Shown here: positions 11,863 to 22,945 of the stretch, piece by piece | Layout: each line of letters begins with the position of its first letter | Numbering within the stretch: the stretch's first letter is position 1 | From: Pelagomonas calceolata | Lineage: Eukaryota | Reading direction: 5' to 3' | Length of the DNA: 64,000 bases | Assembly (NCBI GenBank): GCA_918797485.1 | Contig: CAKKNE010000002.1 | Coordinates: 6,014,001 to 6,078,000 of the forward strand | The notes under the pieces: model-generated | Databases searched by the model: none | What the model saw: the letters and a program-made list of their open reading frames with translations, nothing else | What the model was told of the DNA's origin: nothing | Position numbers and translations under genes: made by a program

Positions 11863-12816
11863 ATGGCACAACTCGACGACGGCGGTAAAAGCCCCAAGGC
11901 GGCGGACAGGAATGACGAAGACACCGCGCGGGCCGTTCTATTCCTCGGGTTCAACTTCCTATCGACGGTCGCCCTCATAAATATCAACAAATACGTCTTC
12001 ACCAAGGCGCATTTTGGCTTTCCCGCGGCGCTGTCGAACGTGCACTACGTAACCTCTTGGGGCTGCCTCGCGCTGCTGAAGCGGCTAATTCCTGCGCTGG
12101 TACCAACGCTGGATGTCGGCCGCCCGCTCCACACCGACCGGGACTTCCTGGCCATGTGTTTGCTCATCGGCTCCGTGACGCCGCTGAATAATATGAGCCT
12201 GCAGCTCAATCCCATCGCCTGGTACCAGACCGCTAAGTTGGCCGTGACGCCCGTCGTCGTCGCAATCGAGTACGGCCTCGACGGCGTCGTGCCGTCGGCC
12301 GCGCGCGCTGCGTGCCTGGCGCTGGTATGCCTCTTCGTCGTGAAAATGCGAGAACCGGCCGCGGGCGGCGCTCCCCAGAGCGCCGCGGGTTTGATATGCG
12401 TCGCGATCTGGGTGCCTCTGGCCGCCGCGTACAAAGTGCAGTTCGGCCGGCTCCGTCGAAAGCTGGGCAAGTGCTCGACGCTGGCGCTCATGCACGCTCT
12501 TTTCCCGTACGCGCTGCTCGTACAAACAATCTTGAGTCCCCTCGTGGACCCGCCGGGACTGTTCGAGTACTCGTGGACGGCGACGTCAGTCTTTGCCGTG
12601 GCCGCTTCAGGACTGGGCGCTTTCCTGGTGAACTACTCGGGCTTCCTCGTCGTAGGACACCTCGGCGCAATCTCTCACGTGCTCCTCGGCCAGGCGAAGA
12701 GCGCCATGACGCTCCTAGTCGCCGCACTCCTCTTCGGCACGAGCTACACGGCGCGAGAGCTCGTCTGCGCGTCCGGCGCGATGGCGTCGATCGTCGCGTA
12801 CGCGTATCTCAAGTAA
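11863..12816 (+). CDS. Triose-phosphate/nucleotide-sugar transporter family (SLC35E-like)
   Basis: INKYVF..FGFP, NNMSLQLNPIAWYQTAKLAVTP, FLVNYSGFLVVG, SHVLLGQAK; multiple hydrophobic segments. Confidence 0.85.
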   Translation: MAQLDDGGKSPKAADRNDEDTARAVLFLGFNFLSTVALININKYVFTKAHFGFPAALSNVHYVTSWGCLALLKRLIPALVPTLDVGRPLHTDRDFLAMCLLIGSVTPLNNMSLQLNPIAWYQTAKLAVTPVVVAIEYGLDGVVPSAARAACLALVCLFVVKMREPAAGGAPQSAAGLICVAIWVPLAAAYKVQFGRLRRKLGKCSTLALMHALFPYALLVQTILSPLVDPPGLFEYSWTATSVFAVAASGLGAFLVNYSGFLVVGHLGAISHVLLGQAKSAMTLLVAALLFGTSYTARELVCASGAMASIVAYAYLK

Positions 12817-13451
12817 TCAGTTGTTGTGCATGAATCCTCCCCGGCTCTTGCACGGCGCCGCGTTTCGGCACTAGCCGCTCTGCTTCCGTCGGCCGTCCCA
12901 GAGAGGTCCAAATGCATTGCCATTCTCTCAGCACACTGGGTTTCACTGCAAAATTGCCGGCACGCGCCATCTTCCACACGCGAACCTGCTCTGTGGTGCA
13001 CCAGGGTGACGGAGGGCCCCCGCGCAGGCACGAGGCCCAGGAGCACTCCGCGCACGAGGAGCACATCTGGTGGGTCGACATGTTCTTCTTCCTCGGCTTT
13101 TTATTAAGCTTCCTCATGGACAAGCTCCTCGACACGGACTGAACAAGTCCTACACGTCCTTCTCCTTCCCTTCCCCTGCCGCGACCCCGCCCTCTCGCGA
13201 GGGGCAGCAAGTACGAACTAACATGTTTGTTCGCTGGCAAGTGCACGCCGCGTAGCACATCCTGTCCGCGGTAACGATATCCCGTCACGGTCGACGGGAT
13301 AGAAGTCGGGATAAGTCGGGATATGTTGCAGTATAACATACCCCGTCGACGGGATGTTAACGGGCAAGTAACGCAACACAGATTAAACACAGCTAGTACG
13401 GGGGAATCCGCGCGTCGGGCAGCATGTCCTCGCCGTGACCCGTACCGTTAA

Positions 13452-13655
13452 CGGTACGGGTCACACAGGGGCTAATTAATCCCCCGTACCCTTCCCATTT
13501 ATAAATAAGTGGAATGTGTCCGCACGGCCGAGAGAATCATTTTGCACGTGTTTTTAGCGCCAAACGGGCCCAGGAAGGGGTTCAATCGGCGTTCTTGTTG
13601 TTGCTCCTAGTGCCGCCCTAGTGCCGCTCCACTAGCCCCTGTGTGACCCGTACCG
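13452..13655. mobile_element. MITE-like element, 204 bp, with 23-bp perfect TIRs flanked by TTAA
   Basis: cggtacgggtcacacaggggcta (13452-13474) is the exact reverse complement of 13633-13655; TTAA at 13448-13451 and 13656-13659. Confidence 0.75.
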
Positions 13656-14644
13656 TTAACAGCCGCCGCCGAGCAGCGCGGCCGTCAACACTACGGTCGC
13701 GAGGCCCGCGAGGCCGACGAATGCCAGGACGGGCCCGATGTCGTCCTCGTTGTCGTCGAGGTCGAGCGCTGCCGACCCCGGAATGATACGCCAGGGCAGG
13801 GCGTCGTCGACGGCGTCGGCCCAGTCGATGGCGTCGCGGCCCGGCGGCCGTCGGCACACCTGTGTGGAAATCAAAATTTGGGCGCCCCACACCATCGACG
13901 CGATATTTTCTCCGTAGCTGCGTCTGCTCGATGGCGTGAAGTTAACCTAACTCACTGGTTGATTTCCACACAGCTCTCGACCTCGAGAAATAAACGCAAG
14001 TCCTGGGCGCACCGTCGGTTCCGGAGCTGCCCTCTCCTACAAAGATCCGCAAAATAAATCTCATCTGACACTGCCGTCAGCGCGCCGTCGTCGTCGAATG
14101 TGAGAATCGCGCGGCCCTCGATCAGGGCTAGCGGCACGCGGAGGCGCCCCGTCGCCGCCGCGTCCTGGAAGAGCTTGACGACACCTTTCCAGGAGAACGT
14201 CGAGACTTGACCGTACCGGTCGGCGTAGGGCGTCGGCGCTGCTTCTACCCCAGGCCAAGCACTAGCTACCGACAAAAGCCAGGCGGCCGACGGCGGCGTC
14301 CACGAGGCGTTGTATTTCACGATCACCTCGCGTGCTGCAACGCTCGCCGCGGCGCTCGCCGCGGCTTGGAAATCGGGCAGCTCGTCCGCGGCGGCGCGCG
14401 ACCAGTTCTCGGCGACGCGTGTCAATGCGTCGGCGCCGTTGACGCAGACGCCGCAGGCGCTCCGCAGTGTGACGTCCTCCGCCCAGGTGTCGCGCGGGCA
14501 GAACACTGCGGTTGCTGCGGCACCTTTTGGTGGTGTGAACGCGTCGACGACTTCGCGCGGGCTGGCGCGCAGTGCGCAGCGCTGGCGGTTGATCGATGGC
14601 GCGTGCAGGGCGGACGCGTACGCTACGAGGAGTGCTTTGTTCAT
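13656..14644 (-). CDS. Hypothetical, probably plastid-targeted protein; exons 14644-13982 and 13859-13656
   Basis: N-terminus MNKALLVAYASALHAP resembles a bipartite signal; removing intron 13860-13981 joins LRLFLE|VCRRPPG in frame; C-terminal hydrophobic helix. Confidence 0.7.
13860..13981 (-). mobile_element. Introner-type intron (TIR element 13860-13973 plus an 8-nt GT-starting flank)
   Basis: TIRs CTGTGTGGAAATCAA / TTGATTTCCACACAG; the TIR-terminal AG is the acceptor. Confidence 0.8.
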
Positions 14645-15164
14645 GGCCACTGCGGGCGCAGGCGTCGATTGCTGCACACTAGCTCTCACAGGAATGCCCT
14701 GTCTGCCCAGTTACGACTGCAGCTGTAGTGTCGCAGCGGTTACGGGCAGTAATAGCGTTGCAGAGGAAGCGAAAGCGCAACTCAGCAGCGTCGCCCATAG
14801 GCCACCGCTGCGGCCACGGCTCGCGCCTAGCCTAGCCTCAGGTTCGGGTTCGGGTTTTACACGGCGCGCGACCCCCTAGTCGCTCCCGCTCCTCCGGGAC
14901 CCATCCGTCGGGCTAGGACAGAGTAAGTCAGGTTAACCGACGGGTTTTTGCGCAGTTTGCTAGTGTCTTACATGCCGGTAGGTAGTTTTTTTGGCAGACT
15001 GCCTTGATTACGCACATTCATAGATTGGCAACAAGTGGGCATCATTTAAACGCTGTCCGGTCTGCGGAGCACTGCCCGACGCGTTGGCAAGCGCGAGTCT
15101 GACAGTGCGAGCAACACCTGGACAAGTGGGCGCTCCCGCCGGCTGGTCCGCGGCGCTCGTAGAG

Positions 15165-16512
15165 ATGTGGGTGTGCACCGCCTGCACGCTTGAGAACGAG
15201 AACGACGCATATTTGTCCTGCGCAGTCTGTGGGACAACAAGAGCGCCAGAAAACGAGGCCGCGGAGGACTCACGCGATGCAGCGGACTCACTCGAGGCCG
15301 CGGAGGACTCACGCGATGCAGCGGACTCACTCGATGCTGCGGAGGACTCACGCAAGCGCCAGCGCGAAGAAACCGCACCAGCACCGCGGCGGCCGACGTT
15401 CGACCTCGCCCAGCTCGGCAAACGGCCGCGGGCAGCGCCGACGGTGCCGGCGCCGCCACCAACGGCGTCACCGAGAGCACCGTCGCGCCCGAGCTTCGAC
15501 CTCGGCCGCCTGCGGTCATTGCCGGCGCGGCCGTGCACCGTGAGAGACGGCGACGCGCCCCCGCGCTCGGTTGCCGACGCGGAGGTACCAAGCGTCGCTC
15601 CCGCACACATCGTGCGGCGCGTGCTGCCGCCGGCGTTGGCCGACGCGTTGCTGAGGAAGCTTCTGGCCGATGGCGACTGGCACCGCGGCACGTGGACGGT
15701 CGGCGGTAAGACGTCGGTCAACGCACGTCGAACCCGCTCGTTCCGCATCAGAATGACGGGCGGCGGCGAGTTCGAGGCCCTGGGTGGCGGGGCCGACGCC
15801 CAGGCGCGCGAGGAGAACGGCTCGTCGCGGGCGCGAGGCTACGCCGCGTGCCCGGAATTATTGGAAGCAGCCCGCTTTGTGACTGCTGCGGCCCGCGAGG
15901 TGGCCCCGCGGAGCTGGAAGGACAACTGGGAGCCGACCGTAGCATTCGGCAATAGATATGACGGCGGCCAGGAGCATGTGGGCTATCACTCGGATTTTCT
16001 GATGACCATGGGCCCAAGGCCGATTATCGCCGGCCTCTCGCTCGGCGCTACGCGTGAATTTCGGCTCCGGCGCGAGGCGACTGATTACGCGCCATCACGC
16101 GTCGTGTGCATGCCTGCGGAGCACAACTCGCTCATCGTCATGAGCCGCGACTGCCAGGAGGAGTGGTCCGCGCCCGGTGTCCTTCGAAGAGCCTGCACTC
16201 GCGAGCTTTCACCGACGATTCCCGCGCAGGAAGCATTCCGTCGCGAAGACGTCGTCTGTTCCGTTTCACGCCGTCGCTGGCGAGACGCGGTTCAGCTTAA
16301 CGTTCCGTCGCAACCGCCCCGAGTTCTCTCAGTCGGCGACTCGCAATTGCAATTGCGGCAAGCCGGCGGCATTGAAGTGCGCCAAGGGCCGCTATTACTA
16401 CACGTGCTGCATGGCCGGCGGCGACGCGTCGCAGAAGTGTAGCTACTACGCGAGGTCGGCCGTCGCCCAGCAGGAGGCGGACCGGCTGCGCGCCATCGAC
16501 GAGAGCGGGTGA
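15165..16512 (+). CDS. AlkB-family 2OG-Fe(II) dioxygenase with N-terminal RanBP2-type and C-terminal GRF-like zinc fingers; intron 16166-16229
   Basis: WVCTACTLEN..CAVCG; NRY..GQEHVGYHSD; IAGLSLGATREF; splicing gives WKHSV...RFSLTFR; CNCGKPA..GRYYYTC..C. Confidence 0.85.
15255..15353 (+). repeat. Coding tandem repeat, 39-bp unit x ~2.5 (EAAEDSRDAADSL)
   Basis: gaggccgcggaggactcacgcgatgcagcggactcactc is repeated. Confidence 0.9.
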
Positions 16513-16623
16513 TTTGTGTAAGTGACTGTGTACAAACGAGCAAGACGGCTATCCCGCGGCGGCCCCCGATGCGCCACCGTCGCGGATCTGGGATTCCGGC
16601 GTCCGACCTGCTCCCCCTCACCG

Positions 16624-16739
16624 TCGTCGCCTCCGAGCTAACACTGGGGCGACGGCGTACGAGGGCGGGGGGGGGGGGCGGGCGTTCACGCGACCCCGCG
16701 GCGGCCGGGTGGCTAGGCGGCCTAGCTCTAAGCAAAGCA
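16624..16739. repeat. Dispersed ~118-bp repeat, copy 1
   Basis: Closely similar to 56953-57071 (tcgtcgcctccgagctaacact...ggctaggcggcctagctctaagcaaagca). Confidence 0.85.
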
Positions 16740-16776
16740 AAGCAAAGCAAGACAAAGACAACAAACAACAGCAAAA

Positions 16777-18189
16777 TTAAACAAAAGCCCGCAGCTCCGT
16801 GGACCGCACGACGCTCTCAAAGTCCGCGTCCGAGAGGTCCTCGTCGTCGAGGGAGTCGTCCTCGGCCGACTTCGCGCGCGCGTAGCCGCCCTTCCCGACG
16901 GGTTTGTTGCCGCCGCGGCAGCGCCGCACGACCAGGTAGAGGACCAGCCCGAGCACGCCGCCCGACAGGACGGGCGGCGCGAAGCGGTACGCGAGGCCCC
17001 ACCAGGCCGCGTCAGAAGGAGCCGACGCGGCAAAGGGCGCGGTCGTGACGGCCGTCGGGTCGGGCGTCGGCGCGTAGGTCGGCCGCCGCGACGGTGCGGA
17101 CGACGGCGCGTAGGTCACGGGCGCCGCCGTGGGCTTGGGCGGGAAGGTCGCCGGCCACGGAAGGCACGCCGCGCGCTCGCACCGCGGCACGTCGCCCGAC
17201 GGCAGCTCGACCACGGTCGCCACCTCGCGGTCGCTCGAGACGCAGTGGACCGTCGCGCCGTCGAGGACGACGAGCGAGCAGGCGGCGTCGTCGCGCGCGA
17301 CGAGATTTGCCGCTGCTGCCCCGCGCTTGAACGGCGCGCTGCCGCTGACGACGGCCACGAAGTCACTGTCGGCGTCCGGCCGCGCCCAGAGCGCGCCGCG
17401 GCCGGCGTCGTACGCCGCGAGCGAGCCGCTCGCGGCGCGGACGTCGTCGCCGTTATCCCCATCGAGCGCCGCGCCGTGGTCGGGGCCCCGCCACGCGACC
17501 GCGTCGAAGAAGAGCCGCCCCGGCGCGTCGACGGCCGTCGACGCGACGGGCACGCCGCTTCCTATGACTTTGGGGTCCGCCACGAGGAGCCGGCCGTGCG
17601 CGCCGACGTAGAGCTCGCCGCGGCCGGCGTCGAACGCGAGGGTCCGCGCGCGCGGCTTGTCCACGGCGTCGAAGGCGACCGCGTCCCGGGCGTCGACGAC
17701 GCGGCCGTTCGCGTCGAGGTCGCAGGACCGCGCGCGCCCGTCGGCCCAGAGCGCGTAGGCCACGAGCGTGCCCGCCTTGCGCCCGCGCACGGCGCCGCCC
17801 CGCGCGTCGACGGCCAGCGAGACCGGCGCGCCCCAGTCCCGGTGCCAGCCGCAGTTTAGAGAAGAGACGTCGAGCGTGCTCGTGCGGAGCGCCGCGAGCC
17901 CGCCGCGCTGCCCGACCAAAATTAATTGATCGTCCCTTATCACGGCGAGGCTCCGCGGCTCGTCGAGCCCGGCGGCCCAGACGGAGCCCGCGCCCGCAGT
18001 ACCCTGGCCCCAGACGGCCGCGAGCGCTTTGCTCTCGAGGTCCAGCACGAGCACCTGGTCCCGCTTCGCGTCCGCGACGACGCACCAGGGCGCGGAAGCG
18101 GCGCAGGCCAGCGCGTCGTAGGCGTGGTGGCCTGCTCTCGTTGCTGGGGGTGTCAAGGCCAGCAGTAGCGCTTTTGGGAGCAGCCCCAT
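16777..18189 (-). CDS. Type I membrane protein: signal peptide, beta-propeller-like ectodomain, Pro/Thr stalk, one TM
   Basis: MGLLPKALLLAL; NHL-like GLDEPRSLAV; PTAAP/PTYAPT repeats; TM VLSGGVLGLVLYLVV followed by RR. Confidence 0.7.
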   Translation of the reverse strand: MGLLPKALLLALTPPATRAGHHAYDALACAASAPWCVVADAKRDQVLVLDLESKALAAVWGQGTAGAGSVWAAGLDEPRSLAVIRDDQLILVGQRGGLAALRTSTLDVSSLNCGWHRDWGAPVSLAVDARGGAVRGRKAGTLVAYALWADGRARSCDLDANGRVVDARDAVAFDAVDKPRARTLAFDAGRGELYVGAHGRLLVADPKVIGSGVPVASTAVDAPGRLFFDAVAWRGPDHGAALDGDNGDDVRAASGSLAAYDAGRGALWARPDADSDFVAVVSGSAPFKRGAAAANLVARDDAACSLVVLDGATVHCVSSDREVATVVELPSGDVPRCERAACLPWPATFPPKPTAAPVTYAPSSAPSRRPTYAPTPDPTAVTTAPFAASAPSDAAWWGLAYRFAPPVLSGGVLGLVLYLVVRRCRGGNKPVGKGGYARAKSAEDDSLDDEDLSDADFESVVRSTELRAFV

Positions 18190-18511
18190 GGCTTGGTTGC
18201 GATATGGGGGCAGCTTGTGCTGCGCTCCCCACTCGCCTTCGTCGAGAGCAGCTTATATAGATTGCGTGTGTGTGCTCGTTCCTGACTCCTGAGCGCTTCG
18301 GGGGGAACTCTGGCGCGCAAGACGCCCGTTCGCAACATACATAGCTAGCGTCCGGTAAAACACTAGGAAGAGCTCGAGTCTCGACGTCGCGTGTGCAAGC
18401 TGTGGCTTATACGTGGCGCTGACTCGTAGCGATCGTAGTTTTAACCAGCCTTGCTGTGCGAGCATCCGTGGCGAGTCTCGCTGCGTGCCGCCGGCGGCGT
18501 GTGGAGATCTC

Positions 18512-20273
18512 ATGTCTGAAACCCCCTCCGGCCGCTCGTCTCCGACGAGCACCGGGCGGTCGTCCCCGACGAATGACGCGAGCGACGACCCCGCGGCTGC
18601 GATATCGAGGATAGCGAGCCTCTTCCAGTCCTTGAACCGTCTGCGCGACGCCGGCTACGGCACCTCGGTAATCGCGGCAAAAGTCGCGGAGTGTCGCGCG
18701 GCGGTCGTGAGTTTGCCGCCGGACCTCCAGGCGAAGGTCGTGGCGCTCGTCAACGCTATTGATGACGAGCTCGAGGGCGACGGCGCCGCGCCAGTAGACG
18801 ACGTCAATGAAATCCCCTTCGGACTACTGGACCTGCCGCCGCCCGTACTGGCGCTGTGCTGCGTCTTCGCCGGCGACAGCGGGTCGCTCGTGCCGCGGCT
18901 GGCCCGCACGTGCAAGGCCGGCGGCGAGGTGAAGCCCGAAATCATGCAGTCACGCTCAGCAGCGCGCAAATCAAATTTTGGTGCTCCTCGCTGATGATGA
19001 CCTGCACGCCGTCGTTGCGTCGATAGTCGCGTCGATGGCGTCGCGTCGATGGCGCGCCATCGACGCGACACCTGCTCAACGGCGTCGCGGTTGCCGGGTC
19101 GCAGCCGACTCACTGGTCGATTTTGCGCACAGGTCGCTCTACGCCGTCGGGACACGGGTGGTGCTCCACGGCCTGCAGGCGGACACGCTCAATCTGAGGC
19201 GAGGCACGGTGGTCCAGTGCGCGACGGCGGAAGACCGCGTGGGCGTGCGCTTGGACGGAGAAGTGAAGCCTAAGAGCGTGCGGCGCGTCAACGTAAGATT
19301 GGAACGGGGCCCGCACGAGAGCGGCGAGCCCGACGAGCTGCACGAGGGCTTCTGGTGCGACGGGTGCGGCCACTTCCGGGGCAACGACTCGCCGCCGTCG
19401 AAGTCGCTGCGGGGCACGCGGTACCGGTGCACGCGCTGCGCGGCCATCCCCGGCTTCGACCTGTGCTCGCGGTGCTTCGGGGCCGGCTTCGCGCACGCCT
19501 GCAGCGCGACGCCGTCGTTAAGCCACGAGAACAAGACGGACTGCGGGCCCAAGGAGTTCCACGCCGACGGCTTCAAGGCCCTCAAGGACTCGCAGGCGAC
19601 GTCCTTCGCCAAGTGGGTCGAGGGCGCCGCGGCGGAGGGTGAGCTGGAGGAGCGGGAATTGGTACGACAGGCCATGAACTTCGGCGACGAGCGGGGCCCG
19701 CGGAGCGCAGCGGTTGTCAACACGATCTACCGCGCGCAGTTCCCCCAGGGGGGCACCGCGGGCCTGAAGAAGCTGCGCGGCGCGCTCATGCGCGAAGAGA
19801 TCGACGCACAGATCCAGGCCGCGATGGCGAACGCGGGCATGGGGCCCCAGCCGGCGGGCGCGGTGCCGCCGGTGGGGCCCTTCGGCGGCCAGGGGCCGGT
19901 GCAGTTCGGGGGCATCCGCGTCGAGGGCCCCGGCGGCGTGCAGGCCGCGATGCCCGGGTTGCCCGGGTTGCAGGCCGCCGCCGCCCAGTTCGGCGCGCAG
20001 GTCGCGGCGGGTGGCGGCGGGCTGCCCTTCAACATCGCCGACGTCATGGGCGCGCAGTTCGGGAACTTCGGCTTTCCGCTGCCTACGCCGGGCGCGGCGG
20101 CTGCGCCGGCCGCCGGCGACGACGAGGCGTCGGAGACGCCGACTGTCCTCGAGGATACGCCTTCGGAGCTCGCAGACGAGTCGGAGGCGGCCGTCGAGCC
20201 GAGCGGCGCGCCGGAGCCGCACCTGACCGAAGCGCCGCTCGAGGTCGCCTTCGACGCGGGCCCGGGACCCTAG
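18512..20273 (+). CDS. ZZ-type zinc-finger protein; intron 18949-19132
   Basis: HEGFWCDGC...RYRCTRC..FDLCSRCF; splicing joins IMQ|SLYAVGTRV (phase 2). Confidence 0.75.
18949..19132 (+). mobile_element. Degenerate introner-type intron
   Basis: cagcgcgcaaatcaaa ... ccgactcactggtcgattttgcgcacag, with the internal cgccatcgacgcga motif shared with the family. Confidence 0.65.
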
Positions 20274-20307
20274 TTCCCTTCTGTAACGAATGTAATACCA
20301 CTGGCAA

Positions 20308-21393
20308 TTAAACAACAAGCATCTCGGCGGCGGCCTCCTCGGCGAGCGCGAGGCAGGCCGTCAGGCCGGGCGACTCGACGCCGAGGAGGTGTAGCACCCT
20401 TCCCCGGCGCACGACCTGGAAGTCCGCCGTCTCGCGGGACAGCTTCGGCCGCACGCCGGCGTAGTCCGGGGCCAGCGCGCCGTCGGCGAGCGCCGGATAG
20501 TAGGTCCGCACGGCCGCGTAGAACGGCTCCGCGCGCGCGGGGTCCACCTCGTAGAGGCCCGGCGCGTCGGGGGACGTCCCTTCCGGCAGCCACTCGACGT
20601 CGGGACCGAAGCGGCACCGCCCGCTCAAATCGAGCGTCGCATGAACACCGAGGCCGCCCGGTTCCGGTAGCGGGTACACCAGCCGCGAGAACGGCGCGTC
20701 GCCTTTCAGCGAGAAGTAGGAGCCGCGGGCGAGCAGCGAGGGCGCGTCGAGGCCCGTCTCCTGAGCAATACGTGGCGCAAAAAGCCCCGCACAATTGGCC
20801 ACGGCCCTCGCCTCGACGTCTATCCTTTCGTCGTCGACTTTTACGCGCAGCACGCCCGCCGCCGCGTCGACGCCCTCGACGCGGTGGCCCGTCGCCACCA
20901 CGGCGCCGAGTTCGACGCAGTCGTCGCGCAGAGCGTCGCAGAACGCCGCCGAGTCCACGACGCCCGTCGACGGCGAGAGCAGCGCCGCCGACGCGCGCAC
21001 GTTCGGCTCGAGTGCCGCGACCTCAGGCGCGTCCAGCCGCCGCAGGTCCAGCACGAAGGCGGCCGTCGCCTGCCGCGCTATGAGATCCAAGCCGGCTTCG
21101 TTACCCGCTTGAGCGACGACGAGCTTCCCCAACCTCGCGTGCGGGACCTGCCTCTCGGCACAGTACGCGTAGAGCAGCTCGCGGCCCCGCACGCACGCGC
21201 GCCGCTTCCGCGGCAGGCCGTCTCCGTAGTATAGGCCCGCGTGAATCACCTCCGAGTTCCGGCTCGTGATGCCCTCGCCCCACCGGCTCGCTTGTTCCAG
21301 GCATGCGACTTGCGCGCCGCGCTTGGCTAGTTCTCTGGTGAGTGCGAGGCCGATGCAGCCGGCTCCTATGACGACGGCGTCGAACCGCTGCAT
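20308..21393 (-). CDS. L2HGDH: L-2-hydroxyglutarate dehydrogenase (FAD-dependent, LhgO family)
   Basis: VIGAGCIG; TSRNSEVIHAGLYY; GLGVHATLDL; FGPDVEW; YAGVRPKL; ESPGLT. Confidence 0.9.
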   Translation of the reverse strand: MQRFDAVVIGAGCIGLALTRELAKRGAQVACLEQASRWGEGITSRNSEVIHAGLYYGDGLPRKRRACVRGRELLYAYCAERQVPHARLGKLVVAQAGNEAGLDLIARQATAAFVLDLRRLDAPEVAALEPNVRASAALLSPSTGVVDSAAFCDALRDDCVELGAVVATGHRVEGVDAAAGVLRVKVDDERIDVEARAVANCAGLFAPRIAQETGLDAPSLLARGSYFSLKGDAPFSRLVYPLPEPGGLGVHATLDLSGRCRFGPDVEWLPEGTSPDAPGLYEVDPARAEPFYAAVRTYYPALADGALAPDYAGVRPKLSRETADFQVVRRGRVLHLLGVESPGLTACLALAEEAAAEMLVV

Positions 21394-21654
21394 GGCTCAC
21401 GCGCACGCCTGCATGGCGGTAGCTCTGCAGCTCTCAGACTCGAGGGCTGAAGACTATGCCACCCAGAAGCGCGTTTTTATCAGCCGAGCGGGCTGCTAGC
21501 GTGCGGTAAGACACTAGCAAGTGCTCCGAGTCGGCTGCCTAGTTCTTACGAGAGCCGCCCTAGGCTGGACACCAAAAACACTTCCCGATATGACTCATGG
21601 ACTGCCTGATGCCTTCCGGCGACCGCTAACACGAATGTGTCCAATTTAGGAGAG

Positions 21655-22911
21655 ATGCACTGGTGTGCAGCAGCCGCAGTGCTCGCATGCGCGGCCGCAT
21701 TCGCACCAGCGCGGACGCCAAAAATCTCGGCCGTCGTGTGCCGAGAACTTGCCGCGTCGAAGGAGCAAGGCGCCGATGACGACGACTGGCGCCGCCTTGC
21801 GAATTCGAAGGACGCCGCGGCCGACGTCTTCCTGAGCTGGGCGGCCGAGGATCCTGGTCTAGGCGCTTGTTTGCGAACATTGAACCTGCGGCGCGGGCGT
21901 TTCGGCGGCGACGTGCCGCCCACGCTCTGGCCCGTTCAGCTGCGCCGCAAGCTCGCGCGCGGGCTCGGTCGCAGAGGTCGCGCGCGGAGCGCGCGCCGGG
22001 CGGCCTGGGCCGGTGCGAACGCGACGTCGCTCGAATTGTCGTGGCGGGATCTGCGGGCAGCCTACGCGGAACGCGAGGCCGTCGTCCGCAACGTGAACGG
22101 CGCCGCCGAAGACTTAGCTGGAAGTTGGGTGTACCACCTCGGCCTCTTGCAGGCCTACGCACAGAACCACGACAGCGCGCGGCCGCCCGCGTCGTACGTC
22201 GCCCCGTGCGGCGCCAGGCTCGGACGGTGGCTCGCGGACCAGCGGTCCCTCGACAAGAGCGGCCGGCTCGCGCCGGCGCGGCGCCAGCAGCTCGAGCTGA
22301 TCGGCGGCGACGTGAGTCCCCTCGCGGCGCACTCGGAGCGGCGCTGGCGCCGCGCGTGCCTGAGCCTCTGGCGCTTCCGGCGGCGCGAGGGCCACGCGCG
22401 AGTGAAGCGGGCCCACGTCGACGAGGACGGCTTCCGGCTCGGCGGCTGGCTCGTGGAGCAGCGCAAGAAGTACGACAAGGGAACGCTGCCGCCGAAGCGG
22501 GCGCGGGCCCTGGAGACGCTCGGCGTGTCCTTCGAGCGGCCGCGCGACGCGGCGTGGCGGCGGCACTTCGAAGCCCTAGAAAAGCGCGCGGACGCGACGG
22601 GCCTGGCCGACGCGCCGGCGCGCCTCGTCACCGAGGACGGGCTCAAGCTCGGCCAGTGGGTCGCGAAGCAGCGAAAGCTGAGGCGCGAAGGCGTGCTCGA
22701 TCCGGACCGCGAGCGGCGGTTGTCCTCGATCCGCTTCGTCTGGGCGCCGCGCGACGCGGTGTCGCGGGACGCCGCCTATGCGGTGGCGTTGGCGGCGTTT
22801 GTTGCCCGCGAAGGGCACGACCGCGTGCCGAAGCGGCACCGCGAGCTCGGGCTCGGCTTGGGGGAGTGGATGTATCGCCGGCGGCGGCAAGCCGTCGCGG
22901 CGGGGGAATAA
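21655..22911 (+). CDS. Helicase-associated (HA) repeat protein, likely plastid-targeted
   Basis: Repeated LGxWxxxQR...L...R...LxxxG units; signal peptide ending in CAA-AFAP, like the stramenopile ASAFAP motif. Confidence 0.8.
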   Translation: MHWCAAAAVLACAAAFAPARTPKISAVVCRELAASKEQGADDDDWRRLANSKDAAADVFLSWAAEDPGLGACLRTLNLRRGRFGGDVPPTLWPVQLRRKLARGLGRRGRARSARRAAWAGANATSLELSWRDLRAAYAEREAVVRNVNGAAEDLAGSWVYHLGLLQAYAQNHDSARPPASYVAPCGARLGRWLADQRSLDKSGRLAPARRQQLELIGGDVSPLAAHSERRWRRACLSLWRFRRREGHARVKRAHVDEDGFRLGGWLVEQRKKYDKGTLPPKRARALETLGVSFERPRDAAWRRHFEALEKRADATGLADAPARLVTEDGLKLGQWVAKQRKLRREGVLDPDRERRLSSIRFVWAPRDAVSRDAAYAVALAAFVAREGHDRVPKRHRELGLGLGEWMYRRRRQAVAAGE

Positions 22912-22945
22912 AAGTGCCTGTGTTGAGCCCTTACACACGCCCAAA

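Noticed and set aside
12912..13142. Short ORF with a hydrophobic C-terminus (possible transporter fragment)
   Set aside because: No convincing start or identifiable family.
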